Shown here in pieces: positions 41,293 through 52,336 of a stretch of 64,000 nt of DNA. The notes under the pieces are model-generated. The model was not told where the DNA came from and ran no database searches. It saw only the letters and a list, made by a program, of their open reading frames with translations. The first letter of the stretch is position 1, and each line of letters begins with the position of its first letter. The DNA lies in contig DAISKD010000002.1 in assembly GCA_036821185.1 (NCBI GenBank), positions 17,527 through 81,526 on the forward strand. The letters run 5' to 3'. The translations under genes and the position numbers were made by a program. Source of the stretch: Chloroflexota bacterium. GTDB taxonomy: Bacteria; Chloroflexota; Dehalococcoidia; GIF9; UBA5629.

Positions 41293-43371
41293 CTAGAAGC
41301 CTCTCACCTTAAATTGGGCCTGTTCGGTCAGGCTGGGGGGAAGCTCCTTATAGCAGTGGAACTGTAGCGAGTAGCTAGCCCTCCCCTGAGTCAGCGACCG
41401 CAACACGGTGGCATAGCCAAAGGTCTCAGCCAGCGGGATCAACGCCCTCACCGTACAGGTCTCACCGTGGGTCTCGATGCCTTCGATATTACCTCGCCTG
41501 GCATTGAGGTCACCGATAACATCGCCCAGGAATTGCGCTGGCATCACCACTTCCAGCTTCATAATCGGCTCCAGCAGCACGGGCTTAGCTCTCCTCACTC
41601 CTTCTTTCACGGCTATGGAACCGGCCATCTTGAAGGCAAGGTCTGAAGAGTCCACCTCGTGGTAACTGCCGTCAAATAAAGTGACCTTTATATCAATGAC
41701 CGGATAGCCAGCTATAGCGCCGGTCTCCAGCGCCTCCCGGACACCGGCCTCTACAGCAGGAACGTATTCCTTCGGTATCACCCCACCCCTGAGATGGTCC
41801 ACGAACCTGAAACCGCTGCCCAGTTCACCGGGCTCTAACTTCAACCATACATGACCATACTGTCCCCGACCGCCAAACTGGCGGATAAACCTGCCTTCAA
41901 CCTCCACAGGCACAGTTATCGTCTCCTTATAAGCCACCTGAGGCTTGCCCACCCTGGCAGACACGTTGAACTCGCGATGCATACGGTCAAGCAATACCTC
42001 GAGGTGCAGCTCGCCCATACCCGCTATTACGGTCTGCCCGGTCTCCTGGTCAACACGCACCTTAAAAGTGGGGTCTTCCTCGGCAAGTTTACTCAGCGCT
42101 TCGCTTAACCTATTTTGGTCTGCCTTGCTCTTAGGTTCCACCACCATAGAAAGCACCGGCTCGGGAAAACGGATGGGCTCCAGCAGCACCGGGTGTGCTA
42201 GGTCGCACAGGGTATCGCCAGTGAAGGTATTCTTAAGCCCCACGGTAGCGGCGATGCTACCGGTATCAGCCATCTCGATCTCCTCGCGGTGGTTAGCGTG
42301 CATCCGTATGAGCCTACCGATACGCTCCTTTTGCCCTCTGGTGGAATTGAACACTTGCATCCCGGGTGTCACCACCCCGGAATACACTCTGAAGTACACC
42401 AGCCTGCCCATAAATGGGTCGGTCACTACCTTGAAAGCTAAAGCAGAGAAAGGTGCCTCATCTCTCGCCTCCCTCACGCCCTCTTCGCCAGTGCGCAGGT
42501 CGGTGACCAGTACCGGCGGGATATCCAGAGGTGAGGGCAAATAATCCACGATAGCGTCCAGCAGTGGCTGGATGCCCTTGTTCCTCAGGGCACTACCACA
42601 AAGCACCGGGACTATCCAGTTGGCCAGCGTGAGCCGTCTTATCGCCGCTTTCACCTCCGCCACCGGGATCTCTTTCTCTTCCAGATAGAGCAACATCAAC
42701 TGGTCGTCATTCTCCGCCAGCTTTTCGATCATCAAATGGCGCTGCCTTTCAAACTCCTCTCTTTCATCATCAGGCACTGCCATCTCCTCCGGGGCAACTT
42801 CGGCATCATCAGAAAACAGCCATGCCTTCTGCTCGATGAGGTCAATAACGCCGCGGAATCCGTCCTCCTTACCCCAGGGCATTTGCACCGGTAACGTCTT
42901 AGCCCTGAGCCTGTCCTCTATCATTTTCACCGTGTGGTAAAAATCGGCACCGACCCTGTCCATTTTATTTACAAAACATATCCGCGGCACCTTGTACCTG
43001 TCAGCCTGCCGCCACACGGTCTCTGACTGGGCTTCCACGCCGGCGACCCCATCGAACACCACTACGCCACCATCCAGCACCCTGAGGCTTCTCTCCACCT
43101 CAGCGGTGAAGTCCACGTGCCCCGGTGTGTCGATGATGTTTATCCGGTGCTCCCGCCAGTAACAGGTGGTAGCTGCGGCTGTGATGGTGATGCCACGTTC
43201 CCTCTCCTGCTCCATCCAGTCCATGACCGCGGTCCCCTCATCTACCTCACCGATCTTATAGGTGCGACCCGTATAGAATAGGACTCTTTCCGTGACCGTG
43301 GTCTTACCGGCATCGATATGTGCAATGATGCCTATATTCCTCACCTTGTCCAGAGGAAAAGTCCGGCTCAT
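41293..43371 (-). CDS. fusA: Elongation factor G.
   Basis: The ATG at 43371 gives [25 protein letters not shown]. The ORF-track start at 43434 would overlap rpsG. Confidence 0.95.
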   Translation of the reverse strand: MSRTFPLDKVRNIGIIAHIDAGKTTVTERVLFYTGRTYKIGEVDEGTAVMDWMEQERERGITITAAATTCYWREHRINIIDTPGHVDFTAEVERSLRVLDGGVVVFDGVAGVEAQSETVWRQADRYKVPRICFVNKMDRVGADFYHTVKMIEDRLRAKTLPVQMPWGKEDGFRGVIDLIEQKAWLFSDDAEVAPEEMAVPDDEREEFERQRHLMIEKLAENDDQLMLLYLEEKEIPVAEVKAAIRRLTLANWIVPVLCGSALRNKGIQPLLDAIVDYLPSPLDIPPVLVTDLRTGEEGVREARDEAPFSALAFKVVTDPFMGRLVYFRVYSGVVTPGMQVFNSTRGQKERIGRLIRMHANHREEIEMADTGSIAATVGLKNTFTGDTLCDLAHPVLLEPIRFPEPVLSMVVEPKSKADQNRLSEALSKLAEEDPTFKVRVDQETGQTVIAGMGELHLEVLLDRMHREFNVSARVGKPQVAYKETITVPVEVEGRFIRQFGGRGQYGHVWLKLEPGELGSGFRFVDHLRGGVIPKEYVPAVEAGVREALETGAIAGYPVIDIKVTLFDGSYHEVDSSDLAFKMAGSIAVKEGVRRAKPVLLEPIMKLEVVMPAQFLGDVIGDLNARRGNIEGIETHGETCTVRALIPLAETFGYATVLRSLTQGRASYSLQFHCYKELPPSLTEQAQFKVRGF

Positions 43372-43427
43372 CACGCTGCCAGCAACCACCTTTCTAGCCT
43401 GTTGTACCATTTTATACTGCGATAATG

Positions 43428-43898
43428 TTACCATCGATAGTGAGCAAAAGCTTTGTTGGCCTCAGCCATCTTATGAGTATCCTGCCGCTTCTTTATAGTC
43501 GCCCCTTGACCCTGAGAAGCGTCAATTATCTCGGCAGCCAATTTCTCTGCCATCGATTTGCCGCTGCGTTCCCGGGCAAAACCTATCAGCCACCGCATGG
43601 CAAGGGACAGTCCCTGCTCCGGCGCCACCTCCACCGGGACCTGGTAAGTAGCACCGCCGACGCGGCGTGACTTTACACGGAGCAAGGGTGTGGCGTTCTT
43701 AATCGCCTGCTCCAGCACCGGCAGCGGCTCGGTGTGCATTCGCTCCTTCACAAGGTCAAGCGCAGCATACATAATCCTGTCAGCGGTAGCCTTCTTACCG
43801 TCCCTCATCACCTTGTTGATAAGTTTGGCTACCAGCACGCTCCCGTATCTGGGGTCGGGTGATGGCACCCGTTCTATTACCTCACCACGCCTCGGCAT
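43428..43898 (-). CDS. rpsG: 30S ribosomal protein S7.
   Basis: Homology. Confidence 0.95.
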   Translation of the reverse strand: MPRRGEVIERVPSPDPRYGSVLVAKLINKVMRDGKKATADRIMYAALDLVKERMHTEPLPVLEQAIKNATPLLRVKSRRVGGATYQVPVEVAPEQGLSLAMRWLIGFARERSGKSMAEKLAAEIIDASQGQGATIKKRQDTHKMAEANKAFAHYRW

Positions 43899-43903
43899 TT
43901 AGA

Positions 43904-44338
43904 CTATTCCTCCCCTACCTTGCTTGCTTTGGGCCTCTTGGCCCCGTACCGGCTCCGCCCCTGTCGCCTTCCCTCCACGCCAGCAGCATCCAGAGTGCCC
44001 CTGATGATGTGGTAACGTACACCGGGTAAGTCCTTCACCCTGCCACCCCGGACGAGGACGACCGAGTGCTCCTGAAGGTTATGTCCTTCGCCCGGGATAT
44101 ATGCAGTAACTTCAACGCCGTTGGTCAGGCGGACACGGGCTATCTTACGCAAAGCCGAATTCGGTTTCTTCGGCGTCATCGTCTTCACCTGCACACAGAC
44201 GCCGCGCTTTTGCGGTGAACTCACCCCATAGACCGCCTTGTTCTTCAGCGCGTTGTAGCCAACATTTAGCGCCGGCGCCTTGGTGCGCTTGGTCACCTTT
44301 CGCCGTCCCTTCCGCACCAGTTGATTAATCGTCGGCAT
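43904..44338 (-). CDS. rpsL: 30S ribosomal protein S12.
   Basis: The ATG at 44338 gives [12 protein letters not shown]. Confidence 0.95.
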   Translation of the reverse strand: MPTINQLVRKGRRKVTKRTKAPALNVGYNALKNKAVYGVSSPQKRGVCVQVKTMTPKKPNSALRKIARVRLTNGVEVTAYIPGEGHNLQEHSVVLVRGGRVKDLPGVRYHIIRGTLDAAGVEGRRQGRSRYGAKRPKASKVGEE

Positions 44339-44505
44339 ACCCAACTCCTCGCATAAACATTACCACAATGTCATCATTTTCAACAAGTAAAAAGCCACCT
44401 AGTTGTCTACCGGTCTACTTCCCAAAAGGTCTGCGCCCCGGTTCAACTAGCCGGCTTACTCAGGTTGTTACACCTAAACTAATGGCTAGTAGACGCTGAA
44501 GTGAA

Positions 44506-44534
44506 ACTATAGCAAACTATTCAGGTCTTGTCAA
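44506..44534 (-). promoter_or_regulatory. Candidate sigma70 promoter of the str/S10/spc/alpha super-operon: TTGACA, 17 nt, TATAGT.
   Basis: On the minus strand the -35 TTGACA is at 44534-44529 and the -10 TATAGT at 44511-44506, about 170 nt upstream of rpsL. Confidence 0.4.
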
Positions 44535-44617
44535 CAACGGCAGCAGCCTTTCCCTTTCCTTGGTCGCGTTGATGTGCTACGGTTTCTTTTTCGCTATACC
44601 TACCCTCCAAGGTCCGG

Positions 44618-46165
44618 TCAAAACGCGCTCAGCACTGCATCGGGTACCTTTTCCCACGCCTGTCGCTCTTCATCATAAGGGGCATCCTCAAGCCGGCACT
44701 GTTTCCCCAGTATCATGGTCTGCCTGCGCTCACCGTAGGTCTCCCAGCTACCTAAGCTGGGACAGGTAGGGTCACCGCGCCGCGCAAAAGATGTCCAGGC
44801 GTCCTGTATTTTTTCGGACAAAGCCCAGGCCTCCTCGCTGGACCCGGTGAAGTTGTCGTCCAGAATACCGAAGACGAAGCCCAGCTCCAACGCATGGCAT
44901 GAGCCGAGGGCACCATCCTTCCACGGCGACACCCAGTCAAAGAGGTACATATAATTTCTTTTGTTGCGACTGCGGTGGGCTTCGGTGAGCCGGATTGCCG
45001 GTATACGGAAGATCCTGTCCGTCTGGATGGCGGTGAATAAATCGACCGGCGCAACCGACCAGCCGCGCCTGGCGCGCGCCTGGCGGTAAGCATCAACAAG
45101 CGCTACCGCATCTGCGCCCGGTATCAGCCGCTGGCAACGACGCAGTAGTTTAGCTTCGTCCATCTCTGCCAGCCTGGCATCCACAAGGGCAAACAGTTTC
45201 CACTCGTCCATGGTGGTGCCCACCATGATGACGACCTCGTCCGCCGAGCCATTCGTAATGGCACGGGGCGGCATATCGGGGACTACAGAGCCGTCGACGA
45301 CCGGTCTTAAAGGCAGGTCGACCAGCCCTGATCTGGGGTCACGCGCTCTGGCGCTCAGCTCCTTATGGGCATCTAGAAGCTGTTCCGTAGTCAGCGACCA
45401 CAGCTTCTCTGGTTCGCCGGGCTTTATGCCCAGGATGTCAAGAAACATCTCCGCCACCTTCACAGCGCGCTCCACGGAGCTGACATGGTGACCGGCGCCG
45501 CTCTGTAAAATAGCCTTGTGGAACAGACCTTTCGCTTCTGGCATTGCTAACAGCGTCCCCACGCTCATGCCACCGGCAGACTCGCCGAAAATGGTCACAT
45601 TACTGGGGTCGCCACCGAAGTTAGAGATGTTGTCCCGCACCCACTGCAAAGCGAGCATTTGGTCGAGCAGCCCTTCATTACCCGTGGCCGGGATTTTGCC
45701 TTTGGTCACTTCGTTCAAGTTAATAAAGCCGAAGACATTAAGCCGATAGTTAATGGTGACCACCACCACGTCCCCACGCGTCGCCAGGCGACGGCCGTTA
45801 TATACCAGCCAAGAACCAGCGCCGGTGGTGAAGCCACCACCATGAATCCAGACCATCACCGGGCGCTTAGCATCATCCAGACCAGGCGTCCAGACGTTAA
45901 GGTAAAGGCAGTCCTCATTCTGTGGCTGCTGCTCAGGTGGACTTAGTAGGGGGATCTCCATAGGCACCTGCGGGCAAGTTGCTCCGAACTCCTTAGCCGG
46001 TCGCACACCGCTCCACGGCTGTAGCGGCTCAGGTGGCAGCCAGCGCCTTTTGCCCACCGGCGGTGCCGCGAAGGGCACGCCCCGAAAAACGTACGTCCCC
46101 TTCCTGAGTATGCCATCTATTTTCCCGAAAGTGGTCTCCACGATTGCCCCTGTGGTCTCAGCCAT
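44618..46165 (-). CDS. Type B carboxylesterase (para-nitrobenzyl esterase family).
   Basis: The catalytic serine pentapeptide GESAG sits in FGESAGG, with an oxyanion-hole HGGG. Confidence 0.85.
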   Translation of the reverse strand: MAETTGAIVETTFGKIDGILRKGTYVFRGVPFAAPPVGKRRWLPPEPLQPWSGVRPAKEFGATCPQVPMEIPLLSPPEQQPQNEDCLYLNVWTPGLDDAKRPVMVWIHGGGFTTGAGSWLVYNGRRLATRGDVVVVTINYRLNVFGFINLNEVTKGKIPATGNEGLLDQMLALQWVRDNISNFGGDPSNVTIFGESAGGMSVGTLLAMPEAKGLFHKAILQSGAGHHVSSVERAVKVAEMFLDILGIKPGEPEKLWSLTTEQLLDAHKELSARARDPRSGLVDLPLRPVVDGSVVPDMPPRAITNGSADEVVIMVGTTMDEWKLFALVDARLAEMDEAKLLRRCQRLIPGADAVALVDAYRQARARRGWSVAPVDLFTAIQTDRIFRIPAIRLTEAHRSRNKRNYMYLFDWVSPWKDGALGSCHALELGFVFGILDDNFTGSSEEAWALSEKIQDAWTSFARRGDPTCPSLGSWETYGERRQTMILGKQCRLEDAPYDEERQAWEKVPDAVLSAF

Positions 46166-46270
46166 AGCTCATCCTCCACTAAGAAAAAGTTTTGGGCTAA
46201 TTGTAGTGGCTTTTTCTGCTAGCGTCAATCAGGCTGGCTAAGCATACAAAAGACGTCGCCAGCATTTTAA

Positions 46271-46321
46271 GACTGAAAATAAAGGGGGGAAGCCCGTAGC
46301 TGTGAGCGGGCTTCCCCCCTT
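46271..46321 (-). terminator. Rho-independent terminator for the minus strand.
   Basis: A perfect 15-bp GC-rich stem (AAGGGGGGAAGCCCG / CGGGCTTCCCCCCTT) with a 9-nt loop, followed on the minus strand by UAUUUUCAG. Confidence 0.7.
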
Positions 46322-46345
46322 AAGACCACCGGATGCAGCGCCTTT

Positions 46346-48088
46346 CTACTTGGCAAGCATCGACTGCTTCAGCTCTTGGTCAATCCAGATGTATCTGGTG
46401 TAATTCAAGACATTGTAATAGCCCAGCGAGGACTCGCCGCTAAAGTTCTTTACCCACGGCCACCAGAACCGATAGTAATATGGTCCTGGCATCTGGATGA
46501 CATATACCTGCTCCATGATATAGGGCAACACCTCCCGGTGTATTTTGTCCACCGCAGCCTCGTCGGGGAATGCCGCCAGCATATCCTCGCGCGCCTTGTT
46601 CAGCACCGGGTCGTTTACGTAGCTACCATTAAACATCCCGCCACCAGTATAGTTAATAGCCTTGAAATAGGTGCCTATGCCCGAGTTGCTGGCCTGCATC
46701 ATTTCATCATACGCCCTTCTCACATGAAGGGAAAGGTAGGTGGAGTAGTCCTTAGGCTCAATCGTCAGCTCCACCCCTATCTTTGACCAATAATCCTTGA
46801 TAAGCTGCAAGACATCGACGACCATGCGGGTATTATAACACGGCATCTTGACCTTGAAGCCGTTGGGGTAGCCAGCCTCAGCCAGGAGCTGCTTCGCCTT
46901 CTCCGGATTGTAGTTGTACAGCTCCTGCACCGACTTCGGCATCTGTTCTAGTGGCACGTAGGCACCGGAATATTCCTTCACATGTATGATAGGCCACTTG
47001 ATGGCAAGCCCGTCTCCGCCGAAGTACCGGTCAACTATCCCCTTGTAGTCAATCGCCATCGATAAAGCCTGCCGCACCCTCTTATCAGCAAAAGGCATGT
47101 CCTTCTTGTCCGTCCTCATATAAATACAATAGGTAGCATCTTCGGAAAACCGCGCATGTCTCAACTGCGGCATGCGCAGGAATTCCTGTGCTATCTCCCA
47201 CTCCACAGTCGCTATGTCAAGCTGACCGGTGCGGAAAGCGGCGTGGAAGGTAGACTCGTCAGGTATGACATGCAGCTTGACCCCGTCAAGATATGGCAAC
47301 TGATCACCCTTACCGGGACCGATCGGATTCTTCTCCCAATAGCTGGGGTTGCGCGTAAATGTGACTATGCTGCCGGGCATAAAATCGGTGAGCATGAACG
47401 GACCGGTGCCGATGCTGTTCTTCCAGTCATTCAAGTTGCCGAACTGTTCCACAGCATCTTTGGGGAAGATGCACATGTAGTCAGGTAGCAAGGTGATGAC
47501 ATCGCCGAAATACAGCGGGTCGCACTTTACCACCACGGTGTAAGGGTCAGGTGCAGATATGTCCATGGTCTCACATGCCTTGGGGTATGTCTGCCTCATG
47601 TAGGCTGTGGGTAGAGTGCACTGGCGCTTTAGGGAGAAGACGACGTCATCGGCGGTAAGCTCCCTGCCGTTGGTCGGCGGCTTGTTGTGCCACTTGACCC
47701 CCTTGCGCAGATGGAAGATTATGGTGTGTTTTCCCTGTATCTCCCATCTCTCAACCAGAGACCCGGCCTTGTGTTCCAGGCGGTTGAGCCCTCCTCCGAC
47801 AAACCAATCGCACTCTTTGGTGCCATGCCCACCGGCATGCCCCTTGGTCCAGTCCCCAGTCCACAGCTCGTCATTGGTAAATTTCAGGGTGGTGCAATAT
47901 GCGTGACCCCGGATTGCATCGTCAAAAGCGGGAGGGTCGGCAGCGATCCTTAAGTTAAGGGTGCCACCATAAACTGGCTTCGCCTTCTCCTCGCCTACCT
48001 CTTTGACGCCCCTGGCACAGCTGCTGACCATCAGCCCGGCAATCAGCACCAGCACCAAAATATACACTACCGTTGTCTTCTTTATCAT
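46346..48088 (-). CDS. ABC transporter substrate-binding lipoprotein, family 5 (peptide/opine/nickel type).
   Basis: Signal peptide with lipobox (LMVSSC), followed by an SBP_bac_5 fold. The protein is 580 aa. Confidence 0.85.
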   Translation of the reverse strand: MIKKTTVVYILVLVLIAGLMVSSCARGVKEVGEEKAKPVYGGTLNLRIAADPPAFDDAIRGHAYCTTLKFTNDELWTGDWTKGHAGGHGTKECDWFVGGGLNRLEHKAGSLVERWEIQGKHTIIFHLRKGVKWHNKPPTNGRELTADDVVFSLKRQCTLPTAYMRQTYPKACETMDISAPDPYTVVVKCDPLYFGDVITLLPDYMCIFPKDAVEQFGNLNDWKNSIGTGPFMLTDFMPGSIVTFTRNPSYWEKNPIGPGKGDQLPYLDGVKLHVIPDESTFHAAFRTGQLDIATVEWEIAQEFLRMPQLRHARFSEDATYCIYMRTDKKDMPFADKRVRQALSMAIDYKGIVDRYFGGDGLAIKWPIIHVKEYSGAYVPLEQMPKSVQELYNYNPEKAKQLLAEAGYPNGFKVKMPCYNTRMVVDVLQLIKDYWSKIGVELTIEPKDYSTYLSLHVRRAYDEMMQASNSGIGTYFKAINYTGGGMFNGSYVNDPVLNKAREDMLAAFPDEAAVDKIHREVLPYIMEQVYVIQMPGPYYYRFWWPWVKNFSGESSLGYYNVLNYTRYIWIDQELKQSMLAK

Positions 48089-48409
48089 TCTTGTTCCTCC
48101 TTTCAGCTCTAAAAATCTAAAATATGTGACCTCTCAGGACGAGACTTCCACAGCATTCACCCCCTCTACCTTATTCTGAATCTGGTGGTAAACGAAAAAG
48201 ACGAGGGGCACAATATACAGGATACACTACACCTCGTGCCTTTATCGGACAAATACTGCTTCCCACCCCTAAAAACCTGCTATAGGATATACTTTAACAG
48301 ACTTGCTGCACCCTGTCAAGACATGCCGGATGGACTTTGGTCACGTTTTTGCGAAAACCGTGGCACTGAAACCTGACATCCATTGGGAGAGACGCCATAA
48401 TGCCGCAAG

Positions 48410-48458
48410 TCCTAAAAGAAACGAGGAAGCCCGACGAAAATCGCCGTCGGGCTTCCTC
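48410..48458 (-). terminator. Rho-independent terminator for the minus strand.
   Basis: A 14-bp stem (GAGGAAGCCCGACG / CGTCGGGCTTCCTC) with an 8-nt loop, followed on the minus strand by GUUUCUUUUAGG. Confidence 0.65.
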
Positions 48459-48489
48459 AAACTCCAACCGACTCTGGCTTGGCGCCCTT

Positions 48490-50266
48490 CTATTTGCCCA
48501 GCATAGACTGCTTCAGCTCCTGGTCTATCCAGATATATTTGGCATAGCTAAAGGTGTTATAGTAGCCAATCGAGGCTTCGCCGCTGTAGTTCTTCACCCA
48601 GGGCCACCAGAACCGGTAATAGCGCTGTCCCGGCAGCGGGATGGTATAGCATTGCTCGAACAGGTACGGTAACATTTCGGCATGTATCTTGTCCACTCTG
48701 GCTTCATCAGGAAATGCTGCCCCCATTTCGTCCCTCGCCTTGTTAAGCACCGGGTCATCTATCAAGCTGAGGTTGAACATTCCGGTACCAGTATAGTTTG
48801 TACCCTTAAAATAAGCGCCGACGCCAGCACCTGTCCACAAGGCCATATCATCATAAGCTCGCCTGACAACTAGGGACAGTAACACGCCATAGTCCTTAGG
48901 TTCAAGTATTAACTCCACGCCTACCTTTGCCCATGAGTCCTTCACCATTTGCAGCAGGTCTGAATATAGGCGCTGATTGTAGAAGATTATCTTCGCCTTG
49001 AACCCATTGGGGTACCCGGCTTCAGCCAGAAGCTGCTTTGCCTTCTCCGGCTGGTACTTGAATACCTCCTGTGCTGACGGTGGCAATTTTTCGAAGGGCA
49101 CAAATGCATTGGCATACTCCCTCGTGTTCGGGACCGGCCAACCGTACAGCCTACCCTTGCCACCGAAATACTCGTTTAGTATTTTATTACGGTCAATAGC
49201 CATGGACAGTGCCTGCCGCACCCTCTTATCAGCAAAGGGAGAGTCCTTTTTATCCATCCTCATGCATATAGCCAGTCCGGTATCCCCCTCAAACTCGACA
49301 TGCTTCAGCTCCGGTCTGTTCAGGAACTCCAGTGCCGTCTCCCAATCGAGAGTGGCTATATCAAGCTGACCGGTGCGGAAAGCCGCAATGGCAGTGGACT
49401 CATCAGGAATGAACACCATTTTAACACCATCCAGATATGGCAACTGGTCTCCTTTTCCCGGTCCAATCGGGTTCCGCTGCCAATAATTGGGGTTACGCAC
49501 ATATGAGATAACGCTGCCAGGCACAAATTCGGTCAACGTAAATGGGCCAGTGCCGATATTGTTCTGCCATTCGTTCATGTTACCGAACTGCTCCACAGCA
49601 TCTTTGGGGAAGATGTGAGCATAATCAGGCAGCGTAGTGATGACGTCGGCGAAATATTCTGGCTTACATTTGATGACCACGGTATAGGGGTCCGGTGCTG
49701 ATATCTCGGTGGCCCCAGCCGCCTTAGGGTATGTCCTCTTGAAATAGGCTGTGGGCAGAGTCAACATACGGTTCAATAGAGTAGACAACATCCTCAGCCG
49801 TTACCTCCCGACCGTTGGTCGGCGGCTTGTTGTAGAACTTGACGCCCTTGCGCAGGTGGAAGATGATGGTATCCTTGCCCTGTATCTCCCAACTCTCAGC
49901 TAAACATCCGGCCTTGTGTTCCAAGCGGTTAAGGCCACTAATGAACCAATCGCACTCACCGGTGCCATAGCCACCGGCTTTCCCCTTGGTCCAGTCGCCT
50001 TCCCAGAGCTCATCGTTGGTCAGCTTTAAGGGGTAAGTGTTGTAATGGGGCTGGATGGCATCATCAAAATAGGGTGTGAGCTCGACCCTGACCGTGAGGG
50101 TGCCACCGTAAACAGGTTTTTCTTTCTCCACGGCCACCTCTTTGACACCCTTAGCACAGCTACTACCCACAAGGGTGACGATAGCAACTAAGATAAAAAG
50201 GCAGGCTAGCATCCGGTTTCTTGTCATGTGTGTTTCCTCCAATTCAGCATAATGTGGTCCACGCAC
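48490..50266 (-). pseudogene. Second family-5 SBP lipoprotein, paralogous to 46346..48088. It is split into two ORFs by a 1-nt frameshift near 49776-49780.
   Basis: The N-terminal ORF (50266..49724, signal with lipobox GSSC) and the C-terminal ORF (49791..48490) overlap by 68 nt. Removing one A in TCTATTGAAC restores VVYSLNRMLTLPTAY, colinear with the paralog sequence VVFSLKRQCTLPTAY. Confidence 0.7.
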
Positions 50267-50344
50267 CTTGAACGCTATTCAGTTACCTTGTAGCTTCCAT
50301 AATTATCACCACCTTTCTCTAAATGCTCCTGCAAGTACCAACCG

Positions 50345-51004
50345 TCAATTTTTGCTTACGCTTTGCGCCCGACTGACCGGCTTCTTGTTTGCCCGAATGC
50401 TGGCAAGGATGGAATCGGTCTGTTTCCTGATATACTCCTCCAGGGTATACCGCTTTTTCAGCAGCCACCTCCTATTTGCCCAGGCATTGGCAGCAACCAC
50501 AATATTGTGGGCCACCAAATATGTGTCCTCTATTTCAAACTCGCCAGCTTTCACCCCCTCGGTGAGCAGCTGGGTGAAATATTCAACCTTCTGTATCTCC
50601 CGGTCGAAAATAGTCTGCCTTAGCTCCTTTGAAGCCGTCCAAACGATGTGATTGTGTAAGTTGTATAGACCTTGAAGCTCATCCGCATTCTGAAAGTACA
50701 TCCTGATCGATTCCTTCAGAGCCTCAACAGGGGATAAGCCTTTCACCCGCTCCCTCATTTCCTTAAGCAAACGCTCATGATATGAGTTCCCATACTCCGT
50801 GCTCAGCCACAAAAGGTCATCTTTCGACCCGATGTAACGGTACAGCGCACCGATGGTCAGACCACAGGCCTCTGCTATCGCCCGCATGCCCGTCTCCCTG
50901 AACCCTTGGGCCATAAAAAGTTCCGTCGCCACCTTACATATCTGCTCCCTTCGTTTGGAAAGGAGTTCCTTATCGGTGATCGAATGCCGAATCTGTTTCA
51001 TCAT
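50345..51004 (-). CDS. TetR/AcrR family transcriptional regulator.
   Basis: An N-terminal HTH (REQICKVATELFMAQGFRETGMRAIAEACGLTIGALYRYI) with a C-terminal ligand-binding domain. Confidence 0.85.
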   Translation of the reverse strand: MMKQIRHSITDKELLSKRREQICKVATELFMAQGFRETGMRAIAEACGLTIGALYRYIGSKDDLLWLSTEYGNSYHERLLKEMRERVKGLSPVEALKESIRMYFQNADELQGLYNLHNHIVWTASKELRQTIFDREIQKVEYFTQLLTEGVKAGEFEIEDTYLVAHNIVVAANAWANRRWLLKKRYTLEEYIRKQTDSILASIRANKKPVSRAQSVSKN

Positions 51005-51063
51005 TTCCCCACCTCGATGAACTACTTCACGAAGACAGCTTCGTAACGTCGGGTAAGCGCTTG

Positions 51064-51093
51064 GGTTAACAATTGTTAGCTAACAATGGCTAA
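51064..51093. promoter_or_regulatory. Overlapping palindromes, a candidate TetR operator.
   Basis: GTTAACAATTGTTAGCTAACAATGGCTAAC contains the perfect palindromes TAACAATTGTTA (51066-51077) and GTTAGCTAAC (51074-51083), with GCTAAC repeated at 10-bp spacing. It lies 60-90 nt upstream of the tetR start. Confidence 0.45.
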
Positions 51094-51314
51094 CTGAGAA
51101 TAACCTTTCGGCAGGGATTTGTCAAGTTGATATCCTGGCTGACCACGACAAATCTACAGGCAAATCGCTGGCGCGACCTCAGTAATTAGCAACCGGATAA
51201 CGCGCGATCGATTACCAGTAGAATCTAGCGTCGCCTGAGTTGTTAAAAGTCCGTTATAGGACTGCCTTGCGCAGGCGGTTGCGCTCCTCTGTGTTACCGG
51301 CGCGTTTGATATGT

Positions 51315-52280
51315 TTATGACGAGCCCGCTTCAAGAGGCGTTTTTCTCTTTACCATGCCGGACCAGTGCGTAAAATTAAGCCCTTCTCTCCTTGCTATCT
51401 CCACCAGCGATTCCATAACGTCCGCCGTGAGCATGTCCACCCCTTCTAGAGACCAAGGGCAACCCAGCCGGCGGTACTTTGCCGAGCAAGTATTATTGAA
51501 AGCTAGCAAATCATAGCGTTCTGCCGTGGGGAGATTGTCTCTGATGAAACGGGCTATCCCCCTGATATTGTCTTCGCTATCGGTATACCCCGGTATCACC
51601 GGCGTCCGCACCCACATGGGTTTGCCCAGCCTAGCTATCTCGCGGGCGTTATTCAGCACCGTCTGGAGCGAAATCCCCGTGTATTCCAGATGTCTTGCCT
51701 CGTCTATTATCTTTATATCGTAGAGAACAAGATCAGCCATCCTGATTAGAGGCTGCAACCTCGTCCAGGTTACCCCTCCAGAGGTGTCCAGCACGACGTG
51801 TATCCCTTCCCGGGAGGCAGCCTGCATCAGGGCAAGCGAAAATTCAGGTTGCATCGCCGGCTCACCACCGGATAAAGTCACTCCCCCTCCTGACTTTTCA
51901 TAAAATATTCTGTCGCGCAGCACCTGCTCAAGCACTTCATTTACCGTGACGCGTCGCCCGATTACTTCCAGGGCTGCAGCCGGACATGCCCTGACACAGT
52001 CGCCACAACAATCGCAAATATCTCTAGCGATGAGCATACCGTCGGAGGTGAGCTGCAGAGCCGACTTAGCGCAAGCTTTTAAGCATTCCGTTGCTCCGAT
52101 ACATCGAACCTCGTACCATACGAGGTGCGGCTGCATCTTCATCCCCTCAGGGTTGTGACACCAGGGACATCGCAATGGGCATCCTTTGAGAAACACCGTG
52201 GTGCGGATCCCTGGACCATCCTCGGTGGAGTGGCGCTGAATATTGAAAATCATTCCGGTAAGATTGTTCGATTCAGTCAA
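51315..52280 (-). CDS. Glycyl-radical enzyme activating protein (radical SAM, PflA-like, with an extra ferredoxin-like domain).
   Basis: Contains the CPLRCPWCHN radical-SAM motif, two CxxCxxCxxxC clusters, and a SAM-binding GGEP. Confidence 0.85.
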   Translation of the reverse strand: MTESNNLTGMIFNIQRHSTEDGPGIRTTVFLKGCPLRCPWCHNPEGMKMQPHLVWYEVRCIGATECLKACAKSALQLTSDGMLIARDICDCCGDCVRACPAAALEVIGRRVTVNEVLEQVLRDRIFYEKSGGGVTLSGGEPAMQPEFSLALMQAASREGIHVVLDTSGGVTWTRLQPLIRMADLVLYDIKIIDEARHLEYTGISLQTVLNNAREIARLGKPMWVRTPVIPGYTDSEDNIRGIARFIRDNLPTAERYDLLAFNNTCSAKYRRLGCPWSLEGVDMLTADVMESLVEIARREGLNFTHWSGMVKRKTPLEAGSS

Positions 52281-52336
52281 CGAAATCCCTCCACCCTCTC
52301 TAGGCGCTCAGATTGGCTATCCGCTGATAACAGCAG

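Noticed and set aside
46346-50266. Tandem repeat or mobile element suggested by the duplicated 1.7-kb segments.
   Set aside because: The copies are diverged paralogous SBP genes, not identical repeats. No inverted terminal repeats, transposase or integrase are nearby.
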